Source: Setoptus koraiensis
Taxonomy: Eukaryota; Animalia; Arthropoda
Direction of reading: 5' to 3'
Length of the DNA: 64,000 bases
NCBI GenBank assembly: GCA_048013815.1
Contig: CM106586.1
Location: forward strand, 12,710,001 to 12,774,000
Of this stretch, positions 60,088 to 64,000 are shown piece after piece. The number at the start of each line of letters is the position of its first letter. Position 1 is the first letter of the stretch. Under the pieces are notes generated by a model. It saw only the letters and a list, made by a program, of their open reading frames with translations. It did not search any database and was not told the DNA's origin. A program made the translations under genes and the position numbers.

Positions 60088-63000
60088 AGGTGTGACCAGT
60101 CTCGCCGGTGCCTGAGTGCGAGTGGCGACTGTTAGCCGGGCTCTCTCGTTTTGGCACGCTGCCTGCCTGTCACATATTGACCGGCACATGTGAGCATGAC
60201 ATGATTAGTTGGCGCACAAATCGGGCTTGCACTTTTTCGCCCAGGACCCCTGGCCGGCAACCCGGAAATGGCCCGTGACCGAGGCCCCGAGTGGCGCGCT
60301 CAGTCGTTTCACAGATTGACCACAACAAACAACAGTCTAAACAGGCGACGCAAGCCTGTTTAGACGTTGTTTGTTAGATGCGCCAACTGGCCACTGGTCA
60401 TAATTTGCTGTCACACTCATGTAGACATGCAATGTAGACAATAGAGGCCAGATAGTTTATTTATGTGTCATGAGAACAACAATCCTTTCACATTTATAAG
60501 GTCTCTGGTGAGTTCTTTGGCCTCGGCACACACACACACACGCACAATAGTTTATTTTGGCATGTGCAATTATAACTTTTATTGAGCTTCCAATGAACTC
60601 TATTAACAGTCGGCTCACGTTTATTCCAGCCACTAGAGAGAAATGTCGCCAATACTTGTGGTTGCAGTTGCAAGAAAAACACGCCAGGGGCGCCCGCATC
60701 AGGCTGAAAATGCAACCAAAAGCCTGCAGTGTCTCGATAAATGTTGCATTTCTTCTTCTTTTTTTCTTGTTGATTTGCTTTCCTTTTGCTCACTCAATCT
60801 CGCTCACACAGCAGGCAGCGCGCATCTTGTGCATGATGCACGTACAAAAAGCGACCCCAAACGGTTCTTTCTAGAACTGCATCCATTAGTATCGGCCACA
60901 TTTGCACGGTGCACAATAGAGGGGCGCTTATTTTTGTTTGACTTACTTATTTTTGGGGCCCGATGGGGGCAGCGGGAATCAAGCTCGGCAGTTGCTGTAG
61001 AATTGCTGCCCCAATTGCTGCTGATCTGCTACACAATGCAGCACATTGTTAGCGGTCTAGCGATCGCTAACAAGTTGCGCAGCGAACGCTGACTGCGGGC
61101 AAGATTTGCTCTCTTCGAGCGAGATGAAAATTGTCGGATTGAATAATTTTATTTGAATCAGAATTGCATCACAAATCAAAAGCATCAACTCCATTGATTG
61201 ATCTAATTTGATGATTGATGCGGCCAGTTTCGCATCAAATTTCACGGGTGTCAGAGTTGGTATGAAGGCCCAACTCACAACAATTGTCAGAGCGGAAACC
61301 GTCGCCCTGGGCGAGCGTTCGGCCCGCAACTGTCAGCTCTCAGAATAGTTTCGCAAACTTGAAATGACTCCATTTTGGAAGTTGCAAAACTGTCGACCTT
61401 GAGATGAGACGAGGCTGCATGGCCAGGCGACGACGCGCACATTTACAGGGAAAGGGATGCGGCCGATGGGAATGGTCACGGCAACGGACAAGAATCCGAG
61501 AGAATGGGACAGAATGGGGGAGCTCAAAGACAAAAGCCATCACTGAATAGCTGACCATGCTGGCCATACCGCCATACCGGCCGGCCAGCTCACTGTGACA
61601 AGCCATTGGAAGTGGACTCAATGTCGAGCATTTGTGCAAAATTGTGCCAGCGATTTGGCAAGAAAAAGGCCATAAAGATCAGTGGCACAGGTTGCGCTGG
61701 AATGGCTGGCTGGCTGGCTGGCTGGCTGGCGAGCCGGTTGTTTGTCTAGGAGATTGCTTAGTGGCAGCCAAGTGGCAATGACTAATAGCTGAAGCTTGTT
61801 ATTTACAGCAGCTCCAATGTGAGCATATCTGCTGTTGTTGCTGGCGCTGTTGCGCCGACACCGACGAGAATTATTAGCAATCGAGCCGGCAATTAAACGA
61901 CCAAAGCCAAGTGGCTGATCGCTGTTGGCATTAAGCTGACGGGCGCATGCAGCGTTAGTGCTAATTTTGAATTGCGTTGTAATTTCTCGTTAAATTTTAA
62001 GACTTGTGCTTTTGTAGCCGCTTTGTGAGTGTTTGGCAGCGAGTTTGTTTGCAAATTTGAGAAGCCAGCAAAAGGGTTGCTGGCAATCGGCGCCGTACCT
62101 GTAGCGTATGAGCTGCGGCCCTGTAGCGAGCAGACGTAGGCCGTCGAGGCAACAGTGGATATTTAATTGCAATTGGCTTGCCTGACGAATTGCACACGCA
62201 GAATATGCAGACGCGATCATGATGGCATTGTCGTGGGCCGGCCGGCCGGCCGCTCGATTGGCGGGCGACACGGGCCGAGCGTAGTACAAATTGGCCGCCT
62301 CTAAGCGAACTTTGTCAGTGGTCAATCAGTTGTCAGTTGACCTTTGCCACCGAACACTGCGTCCACTGCGACCATTGGCGACAGTCGCCGATTTGTGGCA
62401 GCCAATGATGAGCGGCCAGCAGTGACATAACTGACGACACATGACGCAACAGCTCGCTTGGGGCCCCATAACGGATGGCGCGATCTCACGGGCGAGCGGT
62501 CACTCGATGGCCTGTGGCCAAGTTGGGCCGCGCTGCAAAGTGTGCCCAGCAATAGCGACAGCTCACATTGGCTGCTGCTCACCTTTGGCCAAACAAACAA
62601 GAGTGAAAGCATTGCGTCGAGAGTCAATGAGGTGAGCCACTCGACCTGTGTGTCGGCGGCCACGATGACCACACGATGACGCCATCAGATGCCAACAGCA
62701 GCAACAGGCACACACGGACACACACAAACATTTGACCGAATTGAAGGTCGAGCTGGCTCCTTTACAGCTGGTGGCTGTGATGTGATGGTCGCGCAATGAC
62801 GAATGTGTGTGAATATTACGTAACAGCGGCAGCAGCCAGTTTGAACACGCCACCAGTTGCACTGTCGTCGTCGTCGTTCGGCTCAATTGCTTCTTCCCCG
62901 ACCAGATCATATCCTCGCCATGTTATGCAACTCGCCTGCCTCCCCCTCCCTCTCTAATAGCGAACTGCTGCTGCTGCTCGCACTGCAATATCTAACTAGG

Positions 63001-63317
63001 TATCTGGCTGGCGAACTCGACCTTGCCGACGCCAACAGCAGCAGCGGCAGCATCAGCAGCGCCGGCCGGCAAAACAAAATACTACAAACTGATAAAATTC
63101 CTCCAATTCAACTCTCTATTTATACCGATTTCTCTGTATATCTCAGTGTTTGGCAATCTGTGTGTGTGTGTGTGTGTGTGTCCAATGGCGAGTATGCGTC
63201 AAAGAGAGAGAATCAATTCGGTCGGAATGAACAACAACAAAACAATCTGTAAATGGTGTTTGGCCACAGAAAAAGTTCATATGGTGCTTCATATATGTTA
63301 TGTAATGGCGATTGAGC

Positions 63318-63321
<4 letters not shown>

Positions 63322-63392
<71 letters not shown>
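63322..63392 (+). repeat. (CA)n microsatellite, about 35 units
   Basis: Directly visible uninterrupted run. Confidence 0.97.
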
Positions 63393-63393
<1 letters not shown>

Positions 63394-64000
63394 AACTTTT
63401 GTACAAATGCACTTGCAGCGGGCATGGACACATCAACAATGCACCTTGCGCAATCACCGTCTTGCAGAGTGCGCTCCCTCCGATGTCACCGTGGCCAGTT
63501 GCGGAAGCGGCCGCCAGGTGCGCGATGGCGCTTGCATTTCGGCCAGCCGACACAACTACACCTGTGCTCACAATATTCATTGAATATCAGTCAATCGTGC
63601 TGCTTGCTGTGGCCCCTAAGTTTGGTGCACGGTGTAGGGGTTAAGCATCAAACTGCCTCGGCAACGGAGCGCCCCTGGCGGCCGTTCGACTGTGAGCGCT
63701 TTAGGTGGCACACAGCGAGCAGAGCTCAGGCAATTGTTATTGCTATTACGTAATAGAGGCAGCAACGACGGCGACGACGACGACGCAGAAAAGAACGAAT
63801 TCAACATGATTAACATCCGCAACGAACAATGCCCGACACACACACACACACACACACACATTCTCGATATAATCTTCGGCGGAGCCGCATGATAGCGCTG
63901 ATACGAGATTGGAATAGTGTGTTGGAGAATAGTGTCTATGAATGTGCAAGATACACAAGCGTGTTGCAGCAGTGTCAAGAGAACAGGCTCGGCTTACGTA

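Noticed and set aside
55317-63978. Dozens of short ORFs (Cys/Gln/His-Thr-rich)
   Set aside because: Derived from CA, GCT and AAC repeats; no family evidence.

Overview
Eukaryotic DNA from an arthropod. It is probably an acariform mite with a compact, intron-poor genome (eriophyoid-like); this is inferred from a Rebers-Riddiford cuticle protein, a bacterial-type cytosolic UGT, mostly intronless housekeeping genes and introns of about 100-170 nt. Gene-dense AT-rich blocks (about 10.3-38.5 kb and 47.9-55.4 kb) alternate with GC/CpG-rich, simple-repeat-rich, largely non-coding blocks (0-10, 40-47.5 and 56-64 kb). Supported genes: ELOVL elongase, a 3-exon EAAT/SLC1 transporter, NLE1, a PTB-less RABGAP1, an orphan secreted polyQ protein, HEATR5, one ORF joining MIC19/CHCHD3 to HYOU1/Grp170, a cuticle protein, a BTB-BACK-Kelch protein, a bacterial-type UGT, a Caskin-like SAM-SAM protein, a 5-exon Rab27 with a 14-nt microexon, a catalytically degenerate Trf4/PAPD5-like protein and AIFM1. 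Top leads: (1) the stop-less MIC19-HYOU1 ORF, a possible mitochondrial/ER polyprotein; (2) a rearranged Rab27/AIFM1 locus, where 216-bp direct repeats bracket the pseudo-nucleotidyltransferase gene and an inverted Rab27 relic keeps a near-identical exon 5; (3) long AG-free, repeat-built spacers between distal branch points and 3' splice sites in the EAAT introns. No tRNA, rRNA, CRISPR array or recognisable transposase was found. Family calls come from motif recognition by eye, not database searches.
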